DNA of 64,000 nt from Schmidtea polychroa (Eukaryota). Positions 24,853-38,369 of the stretch are shown here, one piece after another. The notes under the pieces are model-generated. The model was not told the DNA's origin. It saw only the letters and a program-made list of their open reading frames with translations, and did not search any database. Position numbers and translations under genes: made by a program. The stretch spans positions 13,330,001 through 13,394,000 of the forward strand of contig CM097887.1 in NCBI GenBank assembly GCA_044892525.1, in the 5' to 3' direction. How positions within the stretch are numbered: position 1 is the first letter of the stretch; the number at the start of each line of letters is the position of its first letter.

Positions 24853-26950
24853 TTAAGGAGTTTCTTGGGTATTTGCAACTATTATCGAAAATTTATTAAA
24901 GAATACGCAAAGAAGGCAAGAGCTTTAGAGAGTATATGTGGTAAATATAGCGACAAAATAATATGGAATGAAAATTGTGAGCAGGCTTTTGAGAATATGA
25001 AGTTGGCATTAATAACCGCACCGATTTTGGTATTTCCTGATTTTAAGAAAGAATTCATACTGGATACGGATGCAAGTTTCGATACAATCGGCGCAGTCTT
25101 ATCACAGAAGAATGACATGGGATATGAGCAAGTTATCGCTTATGGCTCACATGCGATGAATGACCACGAAAGAGGCTATTGTATTACAAGAAAAGAACTC
25201 CTGGGAATATATTATTTTTGTCGGCATTTCAATCACTATTTATATGGAAAAAGATTTATACTACGTACAGATCATAAAGCAATAACATTTATGCTAACCA
25301 CGAAGAGGCCAATTACAGCTCAATTCCAGACCTGGATAAACTATTTAAGTAGCCTTGATATAAAAATGGAATTTAGAAAGGGTACACTACATACTAACGC
25401 AGACATGTTATCGAGGAAAACGTGTGGCACATGTGTACAATGTCTTATGGAACACGATAATCCTAAAATGGGAAGAATGAAAACCAGAATGTTAAATATA
25501 ATGACTGAAGACAAAGGAGAGGAATGGCAAACGAATAGTGATGAAATAGAGGAGATTAAAAATAAAATAAGAATGCAAACGAGTGGAAGGTTTATAATAG
25601 AGGATAATATTATTTATACCAAAGATAAAAGAATATGGATACCAGAGAGCAAAAGAAGAGAAATGATTAACAAAACACATCTATTACTGTGCCATGCTGG
25701 AGTTGACAAAGTTATCAAATACATACAAAACAATTTCGATATGAGAGATCTAATAAAGGAAGTAAAAACGACAATATCAAATTGCGAATCGTGCCAAAAA
25801 GTTAAAGTTGTAACTACAAAGATGAAAGAGAAACCAAAAGTACTTGAAGCATCCGAACCCTTCGAGAAAATATATATGGACATATGTGGCCCAATGAAAG
25901 AAAGATTTAACAGGAAAAGATACATTTGCGCAATAATCGACCATTACAGCAAATACATCTCGTTAACAGCTATAAATAAACAGGATGAAGAGACAATTGG
26001 GAAGATATTGTTAAACAACTGGATTCTAAAATTTGGGGCACCCAAAGAACTACATGTAGATTGCGGGAAAACATTCGAAGCTAATAGCATAAAGAATATA
26101 AGCAAAAATGCAGGGTTCGAGATAGTGTATTCGAGTCCATATCATCATAATACGAATGGTATAATCGAAAGAAAATTCCGGACAATAAGAGATTTTATTA
26201 ATGCATCGCTGAAAGACGGAAATACAAAAGACTGGGCAGACCTTATCCCAGATATAGAATATACACTCAACGCAACCATTCAAAAAACAGCGGGAGTAAG
26301 CCCAGCTGAAATTATTTTTGGTAGGAAGATTGATAGATCAAAATGGTATAATGATAGTAGAATCAACAGGAACGATATCGCATTGAAAATGGAAAGTAAA
26401 AGACAAAATGAGGAAACAACAACTGCAAGGAGGTTGGATATTGGAGACAAAGTGTTAATCAAACGAGAAATACGAAACAAGGATCAAGATAGATATGAAG
26501 GACCATACACGGTAACAAAACGAATACACGATCGCAGTTATATGCTGAGAGCTAAAGTGGGAAGTCTTTAATCAGGAATATTGAAAAGATTAAAGAATTT
26601 AAAGAAGGGGGATGAAAGGGTAGAATTCACGTTTAAGTTAAAACTGGATATTGCTAATGAACATTTAAATTGTATATATCAGATTACATAAATTTTTATA
26701 TAAATATTTAAATTAATAAATTAAAGTAAGTTTAAAATATAAAAATAACTAAAAATATATTAAATATTAAAATAAATTAAACCAGCATTGAAATCAGCAT
26801 CAAAATTAAAATAATAAAAAAGCCTCGAACAGATTGTTTGAATATTACAAAAAAGCGCAGTTTTGTGAATAAAATAAATTTAGTAATTTTATTTGTTTAA
26901 TTTATTAATTATGGAGATTGAGAATGAATTTGACGTTGTTGCGGCTAACA
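24853..26950 (+). mobile_element. 5'-truncated Ty3/Gypsy LTR retrotransposon (pol 3' half, PPT, 3' LTR 26613-26950)
   Basis: Begins mid-RT (LRSFLGICNYYRKF); PPT AAAGAAGGGGGA at ~26601-26612; LTR TG...CA of 338 bp with AATAAA. Confidence 0.85.
24865..26571 (+). CDS. Gypsy pol fragment: RT connection, RNase H, integrase
   Basis: RNase H LDTDAS, E in KELL, TDH, NADMLSR; integrase HHCC, YMDI, HVDCGKTF, IIERKFRT and GPY motif. Confidence 0.9.
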   Translation: MGICNYYRKFIKEYAKKARALESICGKYSDKIIWNENCEQAFENMKLALITAPILVFPDFKKEFILDTDASFDTIGAVLSQKNDMGYEQVIAYGSHAMNDHERGYCITRKELLGIYYFCRHFNHYLYGKRFILRTDHKAITFMLTTKRPITAQFQTWINYLSSLDIKMEFRKGTLHTNADMLSRKTCGTCVQCLMEHDNPKMGRMKTRMLNIMTEDKGEEWQTNSDEIEEIKNKIRMQTSGRFIIEDNIIYTKDKRIWIPESKRREMINKTHLLLCHAGVDKVIKYIQNNFDMRDLIKEVKTTISNCESCQKVKVVTTKMKEKPKVLEASEPFEKIYMDICGPMKERFNRKRYICAIIDHYSKYISLTAINKQDEETIGKILLNNWILKFGAPKELHVDCGKTFEANSIKNISKNAGFEIVYSSPYHHNTNGIIERKFRTIRDFINASLKDGNTKDWADLIPDIEYTLNATIQKTAGVSPAEIIFGRKIDRSKWYNDSRINRNDIALKMESKRQNEETTTARRLDIGDKVLIKREIRNKDQDRYEGPYTVTKRIHDRSYMLRAKVGSL

Positions 26951-27003
26951 ATTAGCAAACTAAGTTTTTTCATTATCAAAATGTGCGCAATTATCAATTA
27001 GAC

Positions 27004-27360
27004 CAGGGGTCTCAAACACGCGGCCCGCAACGAAAAAACATAGTTTTGTAATTTAACCAAACTTATTTAACAATTAAAATCATAATTGGAGGTATAAATT
27101 AAAACTTATCTTTTTAATTATTTTTATTTATACATATGACGTTATACATATTATACATATTATACATATTATTATTATTATTATTATTCTTAATAATAAA
27201 AAAATGTTTTTTAGTTTTGTTGAGTTTTTAATTAAATAAATATTAACGTCGGAGTTTCAGACTCCACATGTTCTGAAAAACAATTATTTATGTTGCGGCC
27301 CGCCGGCTCATAATACTAGTCTAATGCGGCCCGCAGGCCAGTTTGAGTTTGAAACCCCTT
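27004..27360. mobile_element. hAT (Charlie/SPIN-like) MITE, 357 bp
   Basis: CAGGGGTCTCAAAC...GTTTGAAACCCCTT ends, internal GCGGCCCGC motifs, perfect 8-bp TSD AATTAGAC. Confidence 0.85.
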
Positions 27361-30299
27361 AATTAGACTGACACCAATTATTAGTTTAAAAATATTTTTA
27401 ATTCTTATTGAGAATATCTTGAATTTTTATCTCCGGTATTTGTAAGATTTTAAGAAAAGATTCGTTATAGAATTCCGTTAACGATTCTGATGGTTAGTAG
27501 CTTATTCAATCAATATTTCTCTAAGGTTAGCTATGATATTAGAGTTAAGATCGTAATAGTTATCTATGATATTTCATAGAACAAGGTTCAGGACCATTTG
27601 TAACGCTCAGGCTTAAAAATCCCGATTCTATTATTAGCGCTTGGTTTAAGTTTTCCATCGTTGGTTAGCATGTCCTGATTATCCCTAATTAATTTAGCAA
27701 GTCCGTTATCGTCTAAATTATTTAATTATACTTGTCTACAATTATTCAATTAGTAATTATGTTACCCTTTAAATTATTTAATTCAAATCATAATTGTCTG
27801 TAATTATTAATTTAGCCATTCTGTTATCATTTAAATTAATTCATTCAAAATTTCTTAATGAGTAGCTTATGTGATTTTACTGCATGCGGTTATCTCTCAT
27901 TGATCGCGTTACAACACCAAATCTAAGAGAGCTATCATCTGCTACACATGGAGCTACTATGACGGTTAATCGATGTCCCTTCGTTATCAGTCATTATGTT
28001 AGAATCTATGCCAGATACGTCATGTGGAATACGGATTACTGTGGTTAGCCATGCATTCACTGTGTCATTCTTATACACCATCGTGTGCATTTCTCAGCCA
28101 CCATGTGATTATTCACATTCATCACAATGGATTTTTCTCATCGTCGCATGCAACAGTAATCAACTGGAGTTTTATCACTATCTCGGGGTGAACACAAATC
28201 TTTCAATGTTCTATCGTCATCGATTACGTTCGACTGTTTGCAACATTGGAATTTTGATCTTTACGATTCAAGTTGCCTTAGCATTTTATTGATAAAAATT
28301 GATCGCGTTGCCTAGACAAACCTATTAGCATTCTATTCTCGTCTATTGATCCTCAAGCAGCTTAGAAGGAAAATTGGATTTTATTACTGATGTTCGGATT
28401 TTCCTTAACACAGGATATCTTACGCGATGGGAGAACTATACTACAAATATTCATTGTTTTATAATGTATTGAATAAAATCTATTGCCATTATGGTTTTAC
28501 GTTTTTACTTTATTTTTGATAAATGTCATTTACGTATCATAAATTTTAAATGTCCTAAGATGAATCTGAAAACCTCGAACCCGTCTTATTAGTGAACCAA
28601 TGAATATGAATGAAGAATTTGATAAGATGTTAGAGTCAAAATTCAAACGGATTACGACTATACTATTGAGGTTTAGACTCAGGATCGTATGGTTCCTCAC
28701 GAAAGTAATTGGCGATATAAGATCGTTGTAGATGTAGCATTCACCTCAATCACTGTAGAATTTGTGTTCATTATAGATTTAGAGCCACTACTATAAACCA
28801 CTTTTCATCATTCAAATCAAATTTTAAGTCAATCTTCAGCGATTGGACCCGTGAGGAAACCCCCACATTTCGGCCCAATCAAGCTGCGTGATTGAAAAAC
28901 CTCATGTCCACCGGCGGAGCTCCCGAAGGCACCTCACACCATGACATGAAGTTTCTCAACTCCACGTTACTCGCATCGAACTTTAATATATCTTATATTA
29001 ACTCATAAAATTCTGAACTCATAAAATCAATCATAAAAATTGCTGAAAATGAAATCATTTATTATTCTCCATTACATTTACACGTTAAATCATTATCATA
29101 GTTAAAACTTTAAATGGAACCAAATGAAGAGAGTTAAACTAAGTTGTTTAATTTCTAATATTTAACATTACTTTTAACTTTTGAAAAATAATAAGTAAAT
29201 AAACAAATGAAATACTCCTTACTATTGTATCGAATTGTTTAGGCTGAATCGAAAATTCTCACTGTGTCCGTTAAATGAATTGTCTAATTCGGAATTAGTC
29301 GTCCCGTGTGCTTGTTGATGAGTACGCTGTAGTCGGTTTTGTTCTCCGGTGAGTTGTCGTTGTTCACTAGTGTATTTCCTGATTGAATATCTTGACTTAT
29401 CGTGTTGGATCTATAGTAGGTTGAAATTAACATTCAACAAATTTTGAATTCGGCTTACCTATAGTAGGTTGAAATTAACATTAACTTAAGTGAGTTCTAC
29501 ATTTCCTTATATAGTAATTTGGCGTTTATGCGGACCAATCAAAATTGAGTACCGCTTATTTTAATTAATTTAATTTCTTTTTCCTGTTTTTGATTATATC
29601 TTCTTGCTTTTCTTATTTCTATTATATTTTTTTTATTTATTCTTTTAATTTCTTCAATACTTATTACGTTTTACATTATTTTGTCTGTTAATCTATTTCC
29701 TATTTTTAATTTTCTTATTTTGTTTTAATTCTTGTTTTCTAATTCTTGTTTCTTTTATATTTTTTCCTATTTTATTCTTAATTTATTTATTTTATTTTTC
29801 TTTCCTTAACCTCTTGCTCATCTTATTTTCCTAATATTTAACATTTTTATTTTTCGATTCAGCCCAACAGAATGCTTGTCGAAATCATGCCAAAATATGA
29901 TGACTTTAAACATTCATCGATACGATGGACGAGGGTCAATTGAGGCTAAAACTGATTATTGACAAATGGTTAGCGGCTGATTAATACACTCGATGTATAA
30001 CTAGTTGTTGGAGCGAAAATATTGTGAAAGATACCGAAACTACCCATGCAAAAGACAAGAAATAATTTTTAAATACTTTCCCAATTTACAAATCAATTAT
30101 CGATAAAATCAAAGATTTGGTACTTCTAACATCAAATTTCACATGGGCTTCACACAGTTAATTCAACATTAAATACAGATATTTGGAGGGCCAGTAATGC
30201 AAGAAACAATATAGCTACGCATTGTGACGTCTTCTTCAATTATTAACGAATGAAATATTTATTCCAAGGTTAGAAGCTCAGATCTTTTAGTACAGGTAA

Positions 30300-30990
30300 C
30301 CATATTAGTAATGGTATATCGGTTTAGTAAATTGATCAGTTTGATTGCTATCAAAGGTAATAGCAACTTTCAAGACAATACTTAACAGCTAGATTTACAG
30401 ATTTGGTAAACCAAGGAGCATACTAACAAACATAGCCCAGAACTTTGAAAGAAAGTAATTAAGGGAAAGACTAAAGAAATTTGATATCAAACAGGAATTT
30501 AAATGACCTTATCAGCACCAATCGAACCGTTTATCTGAATGTACTATAAGAACAGTAAGATACCTTATTACAGAGACAGTGATTGCATGTAAAGAAAAAC
30601 TGGTATGAACTGTTACCTAGAATAGAAATTAGCAATAACAGCTGTCGATCGAATGCAACGGGTTTATCTCCTTTTAAGATAATTTATAAATGAAATGTAA
30701 ATTTAAATTCTAATCTGAAATACACAGATTTAGAAAGAAAGTAATTGATGCAAGATACAAGATATAACTCTGCTAAAGCGGTAGACAAATTGAGAGTTAT
30801 GAATAAGGCAAAAGGAGATACGTAAGATTTTTTCAAAGGAAAGATCCACAGAAAAGACACAATGATGTATAATGCAATACGAAAGCCCATAAAAAATTAT
30901 CAAATACCTTTCACCGCATCAAGTTGAACTAAATTCCAAAGATGGGACAAAAAAGGCTGATCGAATCGCAAAAGAAGTGGGAAGGAAAAA
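30300..30990 (+). pseudogene. Degenerate Gypsy integrase relic
   Basis: Interrupted translation RFSKLISLI, RFGKPRSILT, YQHQSN..SE.TIRTV, TGLSPF; purine tract AGAAGTGGGAAGG downstream. Confidence 0.5.
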
Positions 30991-33397
30991 TGTTTATTTA
31001 TCGATTATGTAAATAATAAGTTTGTTTAAATATTCGTTATTCAATTTTAAATTTCAATAAAGATTATAATGGATAATATGTTCTGTTTTATGGTAATTAA
31101 TTAAAAGAATTTACATAAAACTGGGCAATTTCGCCACACAGCAAGAACTGTTTGTAAGCTACACTCTGCCCATTGTGGTTCACACACACGACTAATCGCA
31201 TTTTTTCGCTTTTTTATACATTATTTATAAAAATATAATTTATATAATAAATATATTAAAATGATAAATTAATATGAGTTGCTAAAAGTTAAATTACAAT
31301 TTTAAGATATCTTTGTAAAAATTGGATTGCAACACCAGATTTTCTTACATTACATTAGCTTAGCCGGACAAAATGCAATTAAATGATGTTTTTAAATAAT
31401 TATTCCAATTTCCAAAGGTTTTTATCAAATTCACTTGAAAAGGGTAGTGCCGAAAATTCGTGAATATCAAAAACGAACTTAATTATATTAATTATAGTAA
31501 GATATATACAATTAACGGTAATATTTCCCAGCTGCAAAAGATCTATAAAATAATACATAGTTCGTAAAGCTCGATTTGTTAAAAAATAACCAAACCACTT
31601 AATTTCGGTATTTATGATTATGGAAATTTTACAGCTTCAATCAAATATTTTCTAATTTTTTATTTCTAATTTGATTTGTTAAGAAATTTGTTCAACTATT
31701 CTAACGCAAGAAAATCTAAAATGCAAAGGCATTAATAGTTCAAAGTTCATTTTACAAAATCTAACAAATCAGACATTGGTCGATTCTTTTTTGCTAATCT
31801 ATAAAATAAATATTTTTGTAGTTATCAAAATTTCATTTCCTCTTACTTTATCGATTGATTTTGAAATAATTTTTGGTATGTGACAACGAAAACAACATCT
31901 TTTTTTTTAAATTAATTTTTTAATTAATAATCATTCATATTGCGTTTGGAAAAAAGGATTTTCAACGTTTTAGCAATCCGATAAACGATTACTTTTTTGT
32001 CCTCAAATCGACACGTCATTTTTTTTCACTTTCAAGTTCAGTGACATGAGTTTTAACTTTTTTCTTAACTTTTCCAATAAAGTTTAATAAATCTGACTGC
32101 CTTTACATTTTTAATGGGTAAATTTATTATGCAATTATAAAAAATAAATTGCTAAACATACATATTAGGATACGTGTATGCGTAAATCATCTTAATAGGC
32201 GAAATTTGCTTGACTGGGATTTTAAATCGTTCTGTACTCTGTATGATACAGAGAGACCAGTAACTTGCTCTCTAGCATTCCGTCTCATAATCGAATCTGT
32301 TTCCTGAAGTACAACTCTGAACTTGATTTATCCTTAAGATTTAAAACTTCAAACTTATCAATTTTAGAGTTTCTTTTGAATTAATTTGATACATGTAGAA
32401 TTCAGAGTTACTGTAATGTTCTTAAATTATTCATAAATGTGCAAAATGTTGTGAACATTTGAATTTTGAATGTTTTTAAATAGTTTGAGTGCTAAATTGA
32501 AGGTATGTGGATTGTTGTTGTTTTCAAAAGTATAAAATAGTTAAACTAATAATCTAAATAAAGCTGATTTAAGAATTTTTGAAAATATTTCTTTAAAAAG
32601 TTTCAAACTGAAAAATAATCGATTATTTAAATAAAATTTACATTTTTTAAAATTAATAGAAATGTTGTAATTTGTTTATTAAATTTATTTTTAGTTTTTC
32701 TATCATATTTGATAATGAAAGTAAAACTTGAAAATATATTGTGAAATGTATATTTGAGTGGTGTTTTTAATGAAAAAAATCATTGCTATATTTATTTAAT
32801 TATGTATGGATAATATTAATTATATTCTTTTTTATTTCTAAGTAAGGGTACGTGACGTCTGTCCATTTCGTTTAGCGTATGTCGCGCTTGAAAATGATAT
32901 AAAGAGACTATATAGCGATAATTTACCATAGTAAATTATCGCTATACAAATATTGAACAAAAACAAAAAAATCGATAAGAAGAATTAGAAATTCAAAGAT
33001 AAGAAAACAGAAAAACAGAATATTTACAGTCGGAAGTCCTGCTAAGCACCTATTAAAAAGCCATTCACAAGATTACTACAAAAGAAAAGGAAAACATATA
33101 ACTCTACTAGTTAATATATCAGTACAATATTTTAAAAATCGGGAACTTCAAAGTTAAAGAAAGAGGTCGTATGATAGATATATTTTTGACGCTAAGCAAA
33201 TTCATCCAAAAATTAATCGAAGAAATTTCAAGCTCAAGATTCTTTATCGAATCCTTCACCTCTATTATATAAATAAATTCGCTATTTGCGTTGGATCTTC
33301 GCAGTCAACTGTTCTGCAAATTCTGATATCATATCTATTTTCTGCAAGTAGGTAGTTATGTGCACTCTAGATCCATGTGCACTCTAGATCCAGATAC

Positions 33398-33437
<40 letters not shown>

Positions 33438-33994
33438 AAACCCCCCCCTACTTTTTTTTTTTTTTTTTTAATTTTTTAAAAGACCCCCCCCCCCATATTT
33501 TTTTTTTAAATTTAAATTTTTGTTTTAATTATCGATTACGTAATAATTTTATTTTTTGTTTTAATCATCGATTACGTAATAATTTAAAATTTTTTTAAAA
33601 CATCGATTACGTCATTGATTTTAATTTTTTATAAGAATTTTTTATGTCATTATACTTGAAATTTAATTCTCTGTTAAATGAGACTATGATGTAATCAAAA
33701 TTCTGAAATTTCATTTTTAGTACACGATTTTTAAATTTACACATCTTTTTAAACAAATTGAGATATTTTCACTCAAACAATATATAGATAGAATTTTAAT
33801 CTCTATAAAATGACATCAATATTTACTTCAAATTCATAATCATAACACCTTAAACAATGTATTTTTCAGCCAACTTTTACATACACACATATTTTCAACT
33901 TTTAAAAAATACAAATTAATCATCTATACTTAACTCATAGTAAATAATTATATTAAAAGACATATTAAAAGATGTATTAAAAACTAAACATTTA

Positions 33995-34468
33995 TTAAAA
34001 TCCCAGAGAAATTCGAGCACTATCTAATTTCCAAATCGGTGATATGACATCTTTCTCATCCATTTTATATCCCTGTATTGAAATATTTACAAACCAGCTT
34101 TCACCATCTTTATATTCAATTTCTTCAAAGGCATCATGAAAACGAGAATTTCGATTGTTGATGATTATATTTCCATTGCAACTTAGATTCTTATTGATTT
34201 TCCCCAACACTTTATTTACTGCAACAACATCTTCTTTTGTTATATGAGCAATGAAACTTGAATATTGCGACTTGATCAATTTGACTGCATTTGAGAATTT
34301 ATATGGAATTTCGTCTACCAAGAAATATATCTTATGGTTATGATACATTTGTACTGGTTTCACATCATTCTTGGCATGCTTCGTCTCAGTTATTTTCTTA
34401 ATTGGGCTTGTTTCTTTCAATAAATTAGAAAATGTTTTCTCACCAAAAACGTTCTTCTTGGATTGCAT
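33995..34468 (-). CDS. 157-aa TIR-encoded protein, left copy (unknown function)
   Basis: Translation identical to 47214..47687; ATG start, upstream TATA box, AATAAA overlapping the stop. Confidence 0.8.
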   Translation of the reverse strand: MQSKKNVFGEKTFSNLLKETSPIKKITETKHAKNDVKPVQMYHNHKIYFLVDEIPYKFSNAVKLIKSQYSSFIAHITKEDVVAVNKVLGKINKNLSCNGNIIINNRNSRFHDAFEEIEYKDGESWFVNISIQGYKMDEKDVISPIWKLDSARISLGF

Positions 34469-34505
34469 TTTTTAAAAATAATGACTATGATGTCATTTTA
34501 TCTCT

Positions 34506-34513
34506 CTTTTATA
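34506..34513 (-). promoter_or_regulatory. TATA box (TATAAAAG) of the left TIR gene
   Basis: Consensus TATAWAAR ~40 nt upstream of the ATG. Confidence 0.6.
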
Positions 34514-34826
34514 CTTGTGTATAACCAATCAAATGAATGCATTTGTATTGCAAACAACATGCATGTGTCATTGACCTTCGTGTGTGACCTTTGTATGTGA
34601 CCTTTACATTTGTGACCTTTGTATGTGAGTCATACATGGTTTGCATATGTATTGCAGATGTATTGCAAATTAGTTAATTAAAACGTGTACTAATTAGTGT
34701 GATATTAAAAATATTATACTAATACATGTAACATAAAAATACTATAACAACATAAAAATAGTGTACTATCACAAGTAACAATATAAAAATTTTGTAACGA
34801 TTAAAAATAGAATGAAAACAAATTTT

Positions 34827-37800
34827 TTATATCATAAAATTTATTAATTGACAACCATCATCATTTGGAAAATGAGGATGATATTGCAAATCTTCATCTG
34901 GATCAACTATGGGCAGCAACATTTCTTCATCAGAATCATCAGCCATAACCATACCACCCCCCCTATAATGACCATACGCATAACTTTTATTTTTAAGTAC
35001 CCAATTGCGCTTATCGTCAGCATTAGTTAAAGCCCTCTTATTATTTTTAATACTGAAAAGTTGATGGTTTTTACTCGTTATCCTAAATTGTGGTACTGTA
35101 TAAATCTCATTATTATTATAACAATTCAGATACGACTGATGAGTTAGTCCAGTATCTTTCATTGTGACCCCCTTCGCTTTCATACATCCCTTACTACCCT
35201 TCATGCTATAACATTTTGGTCTTAAAAATATCCATTCATCATATCCAAGACCTTTGCTTTCATCTTTAAATTTCCCTATTACAGAGTCAAGGTTTTTTGA
35301 ATATAATGAATGTGTTGGCTCGTAATTAGAGGTATCTAATAAATTATCCCTTATCATTGCGGGTAAAAGAGAATTTAATTTGCAATTTTTAATTTCCAAA
35401 AAGAACGAATCTGTATCCCCAGCAACTATATTAATTTTACAATTAAATTCTATACGATATTTTTCTAAATCAATGTACTGAAGTTGGTACATACGAAGTT
35501 TTGATAAATCCAAAACTGATTGACCAATATAACTTGGTCTATTTAAACATATTAAATCTTTTCTTAATAGAACAGATATTAAGTCGTCATCGATTTTAGT
35601 AGTCCTTTTGAAATTAGGTTTAGAACAATATGTTAATACCTTTTGGGCTGAATTGCAAAGTCTTAAATTAATTCGTTTCTTTAGGTTTTCGACAGTCTTA
35701 CCGTATAGACTGTTGTTTAATAGTTTAAAATAATTTTTATCTAATGTGTTTGTTGATGATGCCCTAAGTTGTGTGTTAGTATCTATATAATTTTTAAATA
35801 TTGATGACTGTTCAAATTGTATAGCGCGATGAATTTTAGTGACCTTTACCCCAATATTTAGATAAAGCTGGAGAAGTCTCCAATGAACTACATAATTCTT
35901 TTTAGGATAGTGGGTAAGCATCAACTTCTCCACTTTGGATCCTGGTGCACAGATCTTTTCAGCTGCAACAGGGAAATCGTCAAGCTTATCATGAATCGAT
36001 TCTGGAATTTCCAAATCGACTTCAACAGTATAACCGAATGTGAGTAATTCCAAGTCAACATTCATACAATCATCCAAAATCTTATTTAATTTTATTTCAT
36101 CGTTAATCCACTTAAAATTACCATCTGGTAGTTTCTGGCTAAGTGCCCAACCATATAGGTTGTTAATATCTATATAGAGCAACTCTGTGTTTTCATCTGA
36201 TTTTACGTAATGTTTATTAACAAATGTTAATCCCCCTCGAATCCCACCCTCAAAGAAATTATAAATCTCCATGTCTTGGATCAACTCAATTGGATGATCT
36301 AAAGTCATGAGTGCAGAGTTCCATGACATACCGGGAATGCCTAAAAAGTTTAAGGGTTCCAATCTGTTATGAGCTATTGATTTTGCTCTAAACTGTTGGA
36401 AATAGTCCGCAAGTAAAAAGACATCTAATTTTAAATATATCATCATGTAATCCAAAAGTGAATTACAATTATGGTCATCCCAAATGCGCTGAGCCATATC
36501 ATATTCTACTTCAGTAACACCATCCCAAATTGGAGGTAATTGGGGAGTTCCCTGAAGCACTTCTAAACTAGTTGCAAAATCATATGGGAATATGCCTTTA
36601 CTATTAACAATTACTCCGTTAAATTCAGAATTAGTCAATGGAAATGTAGTTAATGTTTGTACAGCATTTTTTAAGGAATCGTTAATAAATTGACAAGAAT
36701 CGATAAATTTTATAGTTAATCCATCAATTCTTGCATATAAACTTAAAAATTTTTCACTAGTTATAGGAATACAATTAATATTCCATGATTTAAATTTACC
36801 TAAGCCAAATTTGAGAATATGATGGAGATCATATCCTCTCAAATTATGAAAAATAACTGGTAAAACCGGTCTAATTCTTCGAGAAAGATTACAAGTTGAG
36901 CAAGCTGCACCTAAATATTTACCCGAAAAATGGTCATGATCTCTTACTGGATTTACTAAAGTTTTCTTACACAAATGACAATTTACAGCCGAAGAAAAGT
37001 TTATTTTGTCAATACTACTAAAAAACATCATTTTCCTATATCGTGTTTCAAAATATGGAGCCACTATTTGCTTACCAATTTCTTCAAGTTCATGAAGAAA
37101 CTGTTCAACACAATCCAATCCTATAAAACTTTTATAAAATTTATCCCCTGTAAAATTATTTATAAAAACAAAACCAGCTGAGATTGGTAAATGTTTTTGA
37201 TAGTATTTATTATCTTTAGGTAAAATTGCCTCAAAGTCGGCATAAATAACAAATGGAGGAGTGACAATCTTTGACCAATTTGTAAAACTAAGATATTTAT
37301 CTTCGGGTAATGTAAAGAGAGTGGTCCCTAACTGATTTTTATCACACAAACCCTTGTGTCTCATGAAAGAATTAGGATTTCGAAAACCATTTAAGCATCT
37401 CGAACACCATTTACTACAAATCCTAACAGCAGTTACACTAGAATCGTTACAATTCAAAAGTCTATCAAGATTAGTAACACCTATGTAATGATGTGTCAAA
37501 ATCTTCTAACAAAATTAAATTAATTGTTGTCCCCCCAATAACTTTAGATCGATAAATTATGTCAACATAAGGATGTTTCATAACTTCTTCAGTATTCTTA
37601 ACATCATTTAATATATTTTCGTTATAAGTTAAAACATTTATCGATAAACCAGGGTTTTGGGATTCAAATTTAGAAATATTACAAAGGCGCATAGGGAGAT
37701 CTGCAGGATCGAATTTTAATTCCGAAGTATTATAATTATATGGCTTAGATCTATTGGTACTAATACTATTATATTTCAAAATAGATAAAATACTATATAG

Positions 37801-38303
37801 GAAGCATTCATCATTTGTATTTTTAACATTAACAGTACATTTTTTATTTAATAATGTTTCTGGTGTAGGAATATATCCACGGCCAGTTAATCTGGATATT
37901 TGCGAATATTTTGTTATTATAAAACTAATATATTCAATTTTATGTATAACCCAGTTGCTTCCCTTTTCGTTAACTTTAATTATTTTTTCATTTAATAAAT
38001 CAATACCATCTTCTAAGAAGGTATCACTCATGGGTCTAGCAGAATTTGAAATAACGAATGATTGAAATTCGTCATCTTTTACAAATTCCACTTTCAAACA
38101 AAATTGAATTTTTATTGAACCCATCTCGGATGAAACTTTATTTAATTCATTTATTAACTGAGTAGGGATCGAAACTGTTTTTAAATTTAAGGATGAAACA
38201 TCCATTTTAACTTCTGCGTGTGTTTTATTTAAATCGAATATGGTTTCAGGTTCAAGTGAACCACCTTGTTGATTAATAATGACTTCTGTAGAAGTTGATG
38301 TAA

Positions 38304-38369
<66 letters not shown>

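Larger units (their letters stand above)
33347..34788. repeat. Left terminal inverted repeat (~1.44 kb)
   Basis: Reverse complement of 46913-48339; visible differences are homopolymer lengths and a short duplication near the inner edge. Confidence 0.95.

Noticed and set aside
37471-37499. Programmed ribosomal frameshift in PolB
   Set aside because: Both related copies are continuous here and no canonical slippery heptamer is evident; a mutation or assembly error is simpler
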